DNA from: Felis catus | Taxonomy: Eukaryota | DNA length: 64,000 nucleotides | Direction of reading: 5' to 3' | Assembly: GCF_018350175.1 (NCBI RefSeq) | Contig: NC_058373.1 | Span: 59,644,001 to 59,708,000 of the forward strand | Shown here: one piece after another, positions 11,001 to 22,559 of the stretch | Numbering within the stretch: the first letter of the stretch is position 1 | Layout: each line of letters opens with the position of its first letter | Notes under the pieces: model-generated | What the model saw: only the letters and a program-made list of their open reading frames with translations | Told to the model about the DNA's origin: nothing | Database searches by the model: none | Translations under genes and position numbers: made by a program

Positions 11001-14000
11001 ATTATTCAATATTGTATTTTAATGTATATTATATAATGTAAAAAATTATGTTAGCTTATTTTCATTTTTGCCATTTTATAAGTGATTCGTGCTGTTTTTA
11101 AAGTAAATGTATGATTTCTTCATAAATGAATTTTTAAAGGCCATTATATATTGTTTGGTCCTGAATCAAATATGTTTATTTTACGTATTATGTTTTTAAA
11201 TGTGATTTTTTGTTCCTTTTTAAAAATTGAGATATACTTGACGTATTTCATTATATTAATTGCATAATAATAATTATGTATTATATGTTAAGTACATGTT
11301 AAGGTGTAGGTGTAAATTTAATTACAAATTAGGGTGTAAAAATTAGAAAAAAATCTACTTTCACAGTGATATTGGTAATTCTACTTTTCATTTTAAACAT
11401 CAATTTGGCTTATTTTTTTAATTTTCACATTTTGTTTCCAAATGATGAGAGGGAGAAAAGTAAGAAGATTTGACTCATTTGCAATCCGTTTTCTGAAAAT
11501 AACACATTGCAAGTGTGAATAGTCTATTTCTAACAAAAAAAAATTTGTGTATAATGTCATTATAATGTTTTACATTGAGTTTGAAGTTCTAGAGATATCT
11601 TGTACTATATATAAGAATAATTCTGCAAGTTTATCTCAACATGATCTTCATCAGTTTCTATAAACTGCATTCATCTGATCAAAAACTTTATATAGCATTA
11701 GTGTTCCTTGCTTCATTGTGGATATAATGAGCCAAATCTTCTTTCTTTCCTGCCCCCATCATTTTTTAAAGAAAATATATAAGGGGCCCCTGGGTGTCTC
11801 AGTTGGTTAAGCATCTGACTCGTGGTTTCAGGTCAGGTCATGATCTCATGTGTTCATGAGCTCGAGCCCCTCATTGGGCTCTTTGCTGACAGTGTGGAGC
11901 CTGCTTGGAATTTTCTCTCTCTTCCTCTTTTTCTGCTCCTCCCCAACTTGTGCTCTCTCTCTCTCCTTCTCAAAATAAGTAAACATTTTTTAAAAATTTT
12001 TAATAAAACACATGATTTGTCCACAAATGAATTCATTTAGTTATTTTAAAAAATTTTTAATGTTTGTATTTATTTTTGAAAGCAAGAGAGTGAGCAGGGG
12101 TGAGGTGGAGAGAGGGGGACAGGGTGTCTGAAGCAGACTCTGTGCTGATAACAGAGAGCCTGATGGGGGGCTAAAATTCCCAGACCATGAGATCATGACC
12201 TGAGCCAAAGTTGAAGTTGGATGCTTAACTGACTAAGCCATATCAGTTATTTTGGCATGGGAATGAAATATATTTTATGTATTATATGTTTTTAAATTTA
12301 ATATTATGGATATAACCAGACAAAAAAACAGTAGCAATTTCAAATTGTTTAAGTGTCAAAATCTACACAGCAGTTTATGTTGTTCAGAGTGACTAAGTAT
12401 GTTCTTCTAATCTCCATTAACAGCCATGATATCAGTCATAGTGTATTTGGAGGCTCTTAGATTGTTCCATTTCAAAGGGAAATGTATCAAATTATTATTT
12501 AGCTTTTTTTTAAGTTTATTATTTTGAGAGGGAGAGAGCATGTGCACGCAAGTGGGGGAGGGGCAGAGAGAGAAAGTGAGAGAGAGACTCTCAAGCAGGC
12601 TCCCCACTGTCATTGCAGAGCCCAATGTAGGGCTCGAACTCATGAACCATGAGATCATGACCTAGGCCAAAATCAGAGTCAGACACTTAACCAACTGAGC
12701 CACCCATGCGCCTCCCAAATTATTATTTAGCTTTTAAGCCTATTTTTATTTCATTGTGTTTTTTTTTTTCCTACAGCATGGTATACATCTATTAAATACA
12801 TAAAAAAAAATAAAGAGGCTGAAAGATAAAGGTGATGTTGAAGTATAGCAATTAGCAAACAGGATTCTAGAGAGAAAGTATAGGATTTAATTTGCTTTGC
12901 TGAACAAAATCAGTTTTAGAGAAGAATGGGAAAGTTTTAAAAGCTAACAAATATAGAACCAAAAATTTTCTTATTATAAAGTATTTTTTAATGTTTATCT
13001 ATTGTGAGAGAGAGAGTGAGTGAGTGAGTGAGTGAGGGAAAGGCAGAGAGAGAGAGAATCCCAAGCAGCCTCTGAGCTGCCAGCACAGAGCCCAATGTGG
13101 GACTTGATCTCACAGATTATGACCTGAGCAGAAACCAAGAGTCAGACACTTAACCAACTGAGCCACCCAGGTGCCCCTCAAATTTTTTTTTTAACATAAC
13201 TCAGTATGTCCTATGGATCTGGCTTCTTGTTTCTACTTCCCTTACCAAGCGCTTTACATATCATGGCCCTACATTTTCATTCTATTCTCAAGACCCATTG
13301 CTTCTTTGTGAAGTTTGGGACCGGGGTACCAGTACAGCAGACAGTGTTGGTGGTAGTGAAAAAAGTAATCCCTTGGTGTCTCTGTGACCCCAGAGTGGGA
13401 AGGTAGTGACTTGCAGCTGTTAGACATATCAATACCAGCAGGAGATGAGTTGTAGCTATTTTTCACGGTCAATTCTGACCTCCCCTATATTTCACAGGTT
13501 GAAAAAATACTGGTGTTAAGAAGAGAAACAAAGTGGCTCAGTTGGTTTAGTGTCCAACTTTTGATTTTGGCTCACATCATGATCCCAGAGTCATGGGACT
13601 GAGCCCTGTGTCAGCCTCTGCACTGAGTGTGGAGGTGTGGAGCCTGCTTACGATTCTCTCTCTTACCCTGCCCTTCTCCCTCACCTGCACACTCTCTCTA
13701 AAAAAAAAAAAAAGAAAAAAAAAGAAAAATGAAAAATAAAACAGCAGTGGGCACAACTGTAGTTTATAATAGTTTCTGATCTGATCATTCTATATTATTC
13801 AGCCTCCCAGTTCCTTAACCTTTATTTGTCTTTCACTCTACTCTCACAGAATTGCTTGAATCCTCAAATACCAAACTGTGGTCACTGAAGCTGAGTCTGG
13901 AGGTGGCAGCTTGGTTCATCTTGCTTATTTTCATCTTGGAGATCCTTCTTATGTGGATATCCAGCTTTTTCCTCTTCTGGAAGAATGCTTGGAATGTGTT

Positions 14001-17000
14001 TGACTTTGTTGTCACCATATTGGTAAGGATAGGTATCCTGAGGAATAGTGTGGTGGGTTGAGGAATAAGCCTAGGTCAATCAAAATGACAAGAAAAGTTA
14101 ATTAGATCACAAGACGAATTTCATTATTTTGATTTTTTTTCTAAAACTAAAGTCAGTCATTGCAGAAGTTGTTGGTATTAGAAGCAAGACAGAATCAAAC
14201 CGCAACATTAACCCCAACAATAACATCTGCCTGTTACTAAGCACTTATCAAGTGCCAGGCACTGTTGTGTTTTATATGTATTTTCTCAGTTGAGCTCCAC
14301 AGCAACCCAATGAGATAAACATTATATTAATCCCCTTTTTTATGTTTGAGCAAATTGAAGTGCAGAGTTTAAGTAATTTAGTACAAGAAGGCTGAATAGG
14401 AAACAGTCCCCAGAAAATGCTATTCAAGGGATAATGCCCAAGGAAATATGAAGAAGATGAGATAAAGAAGGGGTAACTGTGCATGGGTGCTTTGGGGTAT
14501 ATTGTACTCATAATCTATGTATTTCCTACAGTCCCTGCTTCCTGAGGTTGTGGTGCTGGTAGGGGTAACAGGCCAGTCTGTGTGGCTCCAGTTGCTAAGG
14601 ATATGCCGGGTGCTAAGATCTCTCAAACTCTTTGCACGATTCCGTCAAATTCGAGTCATTATTTTGGCCCTGATGAGGGCCCTCAAGGTGATTTGAGTGT
14701 TGCAGCTAAACCAAGTGGGCAGGGTGGGTAAACATGGGAGTTTTAACATAAAACAAGTCTGGGTGTGTCAGAGAAGGCAATGAAAGACCCTATGAAATAC
14801 CATTGGGTGAGAAAGGGCTGGGGAAAGCTGCTGTGGGCTAGAGATAACTGGGCTTGGGAGTGGAAGTGAGGGTTTTGGTGGGAGTTTGCCAGGGTGGGCT
14901 TGACTCTGCTGTAGGTAGAATCAGCCTAGTCTGGCTCGGTGCTGACTTGGGGTCATGGCCTCTAGAGTATGACCTTCCTCTTGATGTTGCTGCTCATCTT
15001 CTTCTACATTTTTGCTGTGACTGGTGTCTACTTCTTTGAGGACTACACCCGTTCAACTCGCCAGGACCTGGAGTACCACATGTTCTTCTCGTAGGCAGGA
15101 CTGGGGGAATCCCGGGTGGGGGGAGAGAATTTGGGCAAGAAACTGGGAACCTAGTCCAAAGTAAGTAATACAAAAAATATAGTCTATTTTAAGAAACTGG
15201 AATAGATCATAGTAAGGAGAAGGAAAGAGACAGCAAAAGAACAGTGAGTGGTATTAGCTCTGATTTTGAGGATAGGGTGACTAGTTCCAGGTTTGCTCTG
15301 GGTTTTGAAATTTAAACATACCCTCATCAGCCATCTTTAAATAGCAGTATATTTTAGTGATTAAGCTCTGGTTTCTATGCCTCAGTTACCTCTTCTGAAA
15401 AATGAGAATAATTGTAGCACTACCTTATAGCATAAGACTGAAGGATAAAAGTAATGCATCTTTGCACTTAGAATGGATTTTAACACAATAAGTGATCAAC
15501 ACCTGTTACTATGACCCTCAAACATGTCACTGGTTTTACCCCAAAGTCTCAGTATGGGCATTACACATGCACACACCTATACACATTCAAAAGTAAAATC
15601 CTGACAAGATCTTTGTCTAGAGAACACTGACTGCTAGTAGAAAATCAACTGGATTTAGATGAGATAGTTACGTATGAACCGGAATCCAATCTTGCCAGCA
15701 CCTCTTAGGTCTCAGGCTAATAGGTAGCTTTGTAAGAGTATTAAGTTAGGGAAGTCCTAAATATTCATCCTATTTAGGCCCTGATATTTTCAATAAGTTG
15801 TATTATGGAGAACTAGGAAGGAAAGAAGGAAAATTTATATACCTTCCTGAGACCTTTTATGACATATTCATTATTATTAATTATTTGGGATCACGTGTTT
15901 ATGTCACATATCTGTCTGTTTACCTAAGAATCACTTCATACCAGAGAACTAAATAGGAATGATGTTTGCCAAATTTTGAAGTGATCTTTTAGGTGAAGGC
16001 CATAGAAGAGTGAAAAACGATGTTACAAAAGAGATATGTAGTTGGTGATTTATTCAATTTTTTAAAATTCAGCCAGTACCTATTTATTGAGCACCTACTA
16101 TGTTGTAGGCACTAATGGAATAGTGAGAGATATTCTTGGATTATTTATGATAAAGGAAAACCTAATAAAACAACCCTGACTGAAGAATGATTCGCTAAAA
16201 AATTGATAGAAAAGAAGCTGAAGTCAGAGCAAACTACAAAGAAATGTTATGTTGCTTTAAGAGTAGGAAAGATACCATATCTGAGAGATTTAGATCTCTG
16301 TTCTGTCTGTACCCACAACTCCTTTTTCTTTAGGGACCTTCTGAATTCCCTGGTGACAGTATTCATCCTCTTCACCATGGACCATTGGTATGCATTGCTT
16401 CAGGATACCTGGAAGGTGCCTGAAGTCAGCCGTACCTTCAGCAGCATCTATGTCATCCTTTGGTTGTTACTTGGTTCCATTATCTTTCGAAATATCATAG
16501 TAGCCATGATGGGTAAGCACAAAAGAGGTGAAACTTGGTTGAGAGGGGTAGTTGGGAATAAATTAGGGTGAAAACTAGAATTAGTAAATTATGTATAGAG
16601 AGAACCTGAGGTAGCAGGAAGGCTTGGGGCCTGGAATGGATATTTCACTTGGTTTCTCCCCACCCAAGCCCTCTCCTCAGGTCTATTCACCGCTGTCTCC
16701 CAACTCCTAATGGCCCTTTCGGGCAGTTACTAACTTCCAGAATATCAGGAATGAGCTGAACGAGGAGATGACACATTTGGAGGTTCAACATAAAGCTGAC
16801 ATATTCAAGCGGCAGATTATCCAGAGGTCTGCTTCCCCATTTTCAAACCCAAGTTTAGTTCTGAAGAGTATCCTGACCTCATTCTCTGTTTCTACTCCTT
16901 GGCTTTGACCCCATTTTTCCCTTTGTGACAGAAAATTTACCCCAGGGTTAGAATTCCCCGCCTCTAGAACATTGCCTGATTCTTTATTCACCATTGGGAC

Positions 17001-20000
17001 TTCCCCATTCATTTTTACCTTTTTACTACAATCTGTTCTCCTCACTCAGTTTTCTTCACTTTATGATCTGAATTCTTTTCTTTTTTCCATACTATGCTCC
17101 TGCACCAGTATAATTCTCTTCACTGTTCTGTGTTTTTTTGCTCTGCAGGAGACAAAACCTGTCCCCTGAGGCACTGAGGTCAAGCCTTAGCAAAATGGAT
17201 GCCAGGTTAGGAGAGTTTGTGTGAACTGAGATGGACACACAAGCAGGGAGAGGGTAGAAAATCAAAGATAAAGATTGACTTTGAGAGATAATCCATTTAT
17301 TCAATAACTACTTATTGTAGTGAGTTGAATGGTAGTCCCCAAAAAGAAATTCCCATGGCCTANNNNNNNNNNNNNNNNNNNNNNNNNNNNNNNNNNNNNN
17401 NNNNNNNNNNNNNNNNNNNNNNNNNNNNNNNNNNNNNNNNNNNNNNNNNNNNNNNNNNNNNNNNNNNNNNNNNNNNNNNNNNNNNNNNNNNNNNNNNNNN
17501 NNNNNNNNNNNNNNNNNNNNNNNNNNNGAAGATGGAGATGGAAATCAGAGTGATGCAACACAAGCCAAAGGAAGCCAGTGAATGCCAGGCAACTGCCAGA
17601 AGCTAGAGCAAGCAATGAGCCTTCTCCCCTAGAGCTTCCAGAGGGAGTATGGCCCTGCAGACACCTTAATTTCAGACTTCTGGCTTCCAGAATTGTGAGA
17701 TAATACATATCTGTTATTTTAAGCTGCCAAGTTTATAGTAATTTGTTGCAGCAGCCATAGGAAACTTACACAAGTACCTTCTGTGAAACAGATCTTATTC
17801 TAGACTGTGAGTGTTCAGCAGTGGACAAGAGAGCAGAAGGAGAAATAAGAGACTCATTCATCCATTCAAGACATAATTATTGATGTAAACATTTTTTTTA
17901 TTAAGTAATCTCTGGATCCAACATGTGTCTTGAACTCACAACCCCGATATCAAGAGCCATGGGCTCTACTGACTGAGCCAGCCAGGTGCCCCAAGAAATA
18001 ATTATTGAATATTTATTAGGTGTTTGGGATATATCAGTGAACAAAATAGACAATAATGCCTGTTCTCATGGAGCTTACATATGAGCAGGGGGAAAGATAA
18101 TAAACAATGAATATATAAAATAAGTAGACTACTATATTAAAATATAAGCATTGTGAAAAAATAAAATTAGAATAGGTTAAGGGAGATTGGAATATAGAGT
18201 GGAGGTTGCATATGGGTTATAATTTTAAACAAGGTAGTCATGATGGCCTCATTGAAAAAGTAATGACTGAACAAAGACTTGGAGACGAGGGGATTACTGT
18301 ATGGATATCTATGGAAAGAATGTTATAGGCAGAAAGAACAGCTAGTACAAAGGCCCTAAGCCAGAAGCATTCCCAGTGTGTTTGAGAAACAGCAAAGAAA
18401 CCACTGTGACCAGGGGGGATATTGATAGATTATGAGGTCAGAGAGATCACGGAGACCTGATCCTGTAGGGCTGTGAGGGCCATTGCAGGGACTTAGGCTT
18501 TGACTCTAAGTGAAATGGGGAGCAGAGCCATGACATGAAATGACATTTAAGAAGGATCATTCTGGTTGCTGTGTTGATGATATGCTATAGGAGAACAAGG
18601 GCAGGAGCAGTGACAAGTTAGAAGGCTGTGAAGCTATCCAGGCAAAAGGTGATGATGGCTCAGACCAGAGTGCTACCAATGAGAAAAGGTATATTTTTAA
18701 GGTAGAATCAACAGGATTTCTTGATGGATTGGATGGGGTATAAGAGGAGTGTTAAGAAAGACTCCAAAGTTTTGGCCAGAGCAGCCAGAAGGATGGATTA
18801 GCTGAGATGAGGAAGGCTGTGAGTGGAAGAGGTTTGATGGGCAAAGAGTTCAGTTTGGGTTGAACTTGAGATGTCTGTTAGACTTGCAAGTGATGATATG
18901 TGAGTAAAAGTTGTACATACAAGTCTGGATCAAGGAGTGAAGTCTGGACTAGAGGTTTAAATTCACATTTAGAAGACATTTAAACTCAGGAGAAGAGAGC
19001 ACTAAAGGAGTGACTGTAGATGAGGAAGATAAAAAGGCCAAGAGCTGGGGCGTCTGGGTGGCTCAGTCGGTTGGGCGGCCGACTTCGGCTCAGGTCATGA
19101 TCTCACGGTCCGTGGGTTTGAGCCCCGCGTCGGGCTCTGTGCTGACAGCTCAGAGCCTGGAGCCTGTTTCAGATTCTGTGTCTCCCTCTCTCTGACCCTC
19201 CCCCATTCATGCTCTGTCTCTCTCTGTCTCAAAAAAATAAATAAACGTTAAAAAAAAAATTGAAAAAAAAAAAAAAAGGCCAAGAGCTGAACCTTGGGAC
19301 CTCTCAAGAGATAGGATTGAGGGGGCAAAGCTACAGTTGTGGTGTAACAGGCATAGAACTATAGAGTGAGGAGCTAAAATGTGGCAAAATAAGGTGGGAC
19401 GTGAAATGTAGAAACCTGAGTAAAATGGAGCACAGAAGCTATGTGGTGAGGGGCAGTAATAGGGATATACCACATGGAATAATTGAAGTTGGAAGTGCTT
19501 ACAAGCTCAAATTTTGGGAGCAATTTGGACTTCATTGCCTTAAATCCCACCTTTAGGGGATGGCAAGGTCCAAGGCCAGAATAATGATTCAACTTGCTGT
19601 ATCTCATAAAGGTATTTAAAGCAATAAAATTTCTCCTTTCACTTATAGAGATGCCAGTCAACAAAGGGAATCTTTGGAGTTATCAACAGCTTTTGAAGAA
19701 GAGTCTAAACACAGTGCTGATGAAGAGGGTTCAAGGGCATCTGTATCGAAAACAAAAGAGTCCTTGTCAAAAATGAAAAAGTCTGCCTCTTCTTCCTCCT
19801 CTTCCTCCTCCTCTTCCTCTTATTCTTCCTCCTCGTCTTCATCTTCCCTCAATTCCTCCTCTTCTTCTGACTCCAGATATTTAGACTCCATTGGTAAGCA
19901 GAGAGTTTCTTCCATTTGAATTCAGACTTCTCCAGAGACATGCCATTCTTAATAGGACCTCTCCCACTATATCTACTTCCCAGTTTTCTCCACCAGTCTG

Positions 20001-21600
20001 ACTTTGTGGTCTTAATTGCTTTCTTTGTGCTTTCTTTCATTTCCCCTGTACTTCTGCTTCACTTTGGACAAGTGTGACTGTGGCTGTCTTTGCTTATTGT
20101 AAAAAGTGGTCTCTTAGGGATGTACTCTTTTCCCTCTTTGCTTCCTGTTTACTCTTTCATCCCTGCGTTTTCCCCCACACCATAGGATCTTTTAGCTCTT
20201 ACCCAACTTCCACAGACCTATATTTGTTTTTAAGAACCATTCCTCCCTCCAGGTCAGTTGGACTGGGAGACTCATGTGCACCAGAATCTGCCTGGGTTAA
20301 TGGAAATGGATCAGGATGATCGTGTTGTTTGGCCTAGAGATTCACTCTTCCGATATTTTGAGTTGCTAGAAAAGCTTCAGTACAACCTAGAGGAGCGTAA
20401 ACGGTTGCAGGAGTTTGCAGGTATGGATTTAGGGCAGTCATGGGGACCAGGGGTTAAGTACATTGGAGTAGCATATATAACTGGGGAGAAGGAGGAGGAT
20501 GTGCACTATTTTGGCATTTCAGCCTCTGAATTTCCACCTCAGACTTAAAAAGGCAAATCCTTGGTTTGGAGTGTCACATCCTTATGTCCTTATTTCTTAG
20601 AATCCAGAGAGAATCTGAGAGCTCTGCTTCACCAGTAGGGAAAATCTAAATCCTATAAGGTCTGACAGCTTGTTTCCCAAGAGGAACATGTCTAAATGCA
20701 GTTGTTGGGTATTAGGATAAGGTGGGCTCTTGCTCGATTTGTGCAGTCCACTCCTTTTTGCAAGCATTTCTTCTCTTTGAAGGGCATGTTTCAGACCTAA
20801 GCAGTAGGGCCTCAGACTCAAGTTGGATAGCTGTGGGGATTAGAGAGCAGAAAGCTCACAAGTACCCCACTCTCCCCAACCCCCAAAAGAGGTTTATGAA
20901 TTACAGGCTTTTCCTTTCAGCTTGTTCTAGTGTCAGCCCAGGCAGAGAGAAGTATGTATGTTAAACAGCAGAATTAATTTAAGCAGAAAATTGCTTGCTC
21001 AAAATTATTTTCCCTAAATTTCTTCCTTGCAATTTTACCACATAGAGATGAATTTTGAGTTAATAAATTCTCCTTCTAAAAATACAAAAACTGGAAGAGT
21101 TAGGGGCCATTTTTTACCATTTGATATGGATTAGTGGTGTCTTCCTTATACCATTGAGTTGAAATCAACTCAATGTGAAAATAACAATGAGGGAAGAGGA
21201 ATGGGTTTGTGGTGGGTACACAAGGGCAATAAGAGGAATTTATTACATTGGAACATGGAATTTAGAGCAGGATGTCAAAGACAGGCTTTGCCTAGTTCAA
21301 AATGTTGCCTAGGGTTAATCCTGCTCTTTCGAGTTGTCCTCAGCCCTGCCTTCCCACTTGTTCTCTTGTTCTCTGGGAAAAGGAGAAGAAGGAGCAAGGT
21401 AGCTTCTTTAATCTGGGTTAATTCATCTATGGCAAAGAGTACAGACTCATAGGGCTTACTATAGGTAAAGATTAGTGAAGATTTGTGTGGGAAAAGCAGG
21501 GTCTTCAAACATTTGCATGTCCTGAATATTTTTAAAACTTTTCAGCCTCACAGTCTCTTTCTTTACAGTGCAGGCACTGATGAACTTTGAAGACAAATAA
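7911..21600 (+). CDS. CATSPER2: Cation channel sperm-associated protein 2, 540 aa; coding exons 7911-8055, 8560-8733, 8925-8993, 13850-14022, 14532-14687, 14966-15090, 16334-16512, 16727-16826, 17149-17205, 19649-19893, 20253-20420, 21569-21600
   Basis: Exons sum to 1623 nt with consistent phases. The product has QLPRADAIRSRLIDTFSLIEHLQ, six TM segments, S4 LRICRVLRSLKLFARFR, pore TMDHW and C-terminus VQALMNFEDK*. Confidence 0.96.
8560..8733 (+). CDS. CATSPER2: CATSPER2 coding exon 2
   Basis: DPSGQKKLMLGDQHQLVRFSIKP...WAGWVLE; donor GTATCCTTT (U12 type). Confidence 0.94.
8925..8993 (+). CDS. CATSPER2: CATSPER2 coding exon 3 (S1 helix)
   Basis: PLFTNFIIFLIFLNTIVLMVEI; 69 nt, phase 1/1. Confidence 0.93.
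9635..13740. mobile_element. Cluster of 8 Can-SINEs in the CATSPER2 intron 8994-13849: +9635-9855, -10541-10759, +10791-10964, +11783-12005, -12046-12243, -12508-12715, -12980-13177, +13533-13740
   Basis: Each has the SINE head/CT/A-tail architecture; the 12508 copy has TSD CAAATTATTATTTAGC. Confidence 0.9.
13850..14022 (+). CDS. CATSPER2: CATSPER2 coding exon 4 (S2-S3)
   Basis: LLESSNTKLWSLKLSLEVAAWFILLIFILEI...NAWNVFDFVVTIL. Confidence 0.95.
14532..14687 (+). CDS. CATSPER2: CATSPER2 coding exon 5 (S4)
   Basis: SLLPEVVVLVGVTGQSVWLQLLRICRVLRSLKLFARFRQIRVIILALMRALK. Confidence 0.95.
14966..15090 (+). CDS. CATSPER2: CATSPER2 coding exon 6 (S5)
   Basis: SMTFLLMLLLIFFYIFAVTGVYFFEDYTRSTRQDLEYHMFF. 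Confidence 0.95.
16334..16512 (+). CDS. CATSPER2: CATSPER2 coding exon 7 (pore, S6)
   Basis: DLLNSLVTVFILFTMDHWYALLQD...RNIIVAMM. Confidence 0.95.
16727..16826 (+). CDS. CATSPER2: CATSPER2 coding exon 8
   Basis: TNFQNIRNELNEEMTHLEVQHKADIFKRQIIQ. Confidence 0.93.
17149..17205 (+). CDS. CATSPER2: CATSPER2 coding exon 9
   Basis: 57-nt exon RQNLSPEALRSSLSKMDA with a strong pyrimidine tract and AG. Confidence 0.85.
17316..17772 (+). mobile_element. MLT1 (MaLR) solo LTR, partly in an N gap
   Basis: TGTAGTGAGTTGAATGG start; GGAAGCCA...CCCCTAGAGC...GGCCCTGCAGACACCTT...TTCTGGCTTCCAGAATTGTGAG; ends GGAAAC..ACA. Confidence 0.8.
17830..19560 (-). mobile_element. Degenerate L2 LINE, interrupted by Can-SINEs at 17893-17992 (-) and 19047-19272 (+)
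   Basis: CATTCATCCATTCAA end motif and L2-like purine-rich body; the 19047 SINE has TSD AAAAAGGCCAAGAGCT. Confidence 0.7.
19649..19893 (+). CDS. CATSPER2: CATSPER2 coding exon 10 (Ser-rich)
   Basis: DASQQRESLELS...SSSS...DSRYLDSI; donor GTAAGC. Confidence 0.9.
19782..19874 (+). repeat. Coding (TCY)n poly-serine tract
   Basis: 26 Ser in 31 codons: S-A-S11-Y-S8-L-N-S5-D-S. Confidence 0.95.
20253..20420 (+). CDS. CATSPER2: CATSPER2 coding exon 11
   Basis: QLDWETHVHQNLPGLMEMDQDDRVVWPRDSLFRYFELLEKLQYNLEERKRLQEFA. Confidence 0.95.
21569..21600 (+). CDS. CATSPER2: CATSPER2 last coding exon
   Basis: VQALMNFEDK-TAA. Confidence 0.93.
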
Positions 21601-21685
21601 AGCTGACAATGGATGGCTTCGATTTCTTTGGCAAAAGTTAATGAAAGAAATAGTTGGGAATGGAGAATTCTGAGTACAAATGTCT

Positions 21686-21691
21686 AATAAA
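21686..21691 (+). terminator. CATSPER2 polyadenylation signal AATAAA
   Basis: AATAAA 86 nt after the stop codon, followed by GT/T-rich sequence. Confidence 0.75.
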
Positions 21692-21814
21692 CACTGTTGA
21701 TAACTGCTTAGTGGTCTGTCTCTGAGACACTGGGAATACTGAAAGGTATAAAGTTAGGTGGGGCCCATGGTCCTTGGCTTTTTACTCGTTCCATAGCTCC
21801 CTGAATCTCATGTT

Positions 21815-22085
21815 TTTCCTTTTCTTTTTAAAATTAAATTTAAAAAATTATAAATGATTATTTTGAGAGCAAGAGAGACAGAGAGAGAGAGAGAGAGAGA
21901 AAATACACATGCACATGGGTGCATGTATGAGCAGGAGAGGGGCAGAGAGAGAATCCCAAGCAGGCTCCACCCTGTCAGCACAGAGTCCCACATGGGGCTT
22001 GATGTCATGAACTGGGAGATCATGACCTGAGCCAAAATCAACAGTTGGACCCTTAACCAACTGAGCCACCAGGCACCTCGATCTC

Positions 22086-22127
<42 letters not shown>

Positions 22128-22358
22128 GTCATTGCAGCCCACACCATTCCTGCAACCTTTACTTCCTGATAGAGTCCTAATTTTACCCTCTCCCTCCCTA
22201 ATGTGTACAGGCCTCTGGGAGTAGAAGGGTAAAGAGATCCCAGAAGCTGTAGTGTAACTGAGAACTATTTTTTCATTGCCTGTTCTATGAACATTGCTTC
22301 TCCTATGCAACATTAAATTTTTTTGAAATAGTTCTCTAATTTTTTTAATGTTTATTTT

Positions 22359-22390
<32 letters not shown>

Positions 22391-22558
22391 GCAGAGTGCA
22401 AGCAAGGGAGGGGCAAGGAGACGGGGAGACACAGAATCTGAAGCAGGATCCAGGTTCTGAACTGTCAGCACAGAACTCAACACAGGGCTTGAACTCATGA
22501 ACCATGAGATCATGACCTGAGCCGAAATAAGATGCTCAACTGACCTAGACCACCCCCC
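21815..22558 (-). mobile_element. Two Can-SINEs (21815-22078, 22325-22558) flanking a T35 run (22088-22122)
   Basis: Reverse-complement SINE heads; (GA)/(TG) tails. Confidence 0.88.
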
Positions 22559-22559
22559 T

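Noticed and set aside
14033-14040. GTATCCTG just after a CATSPER2 donor as a second U12 5' site
   Set aside because: Mismatch at the conserved +8 T, use would shift frame by 10 nt, and there is no U12 branch motif at the next acceptor.
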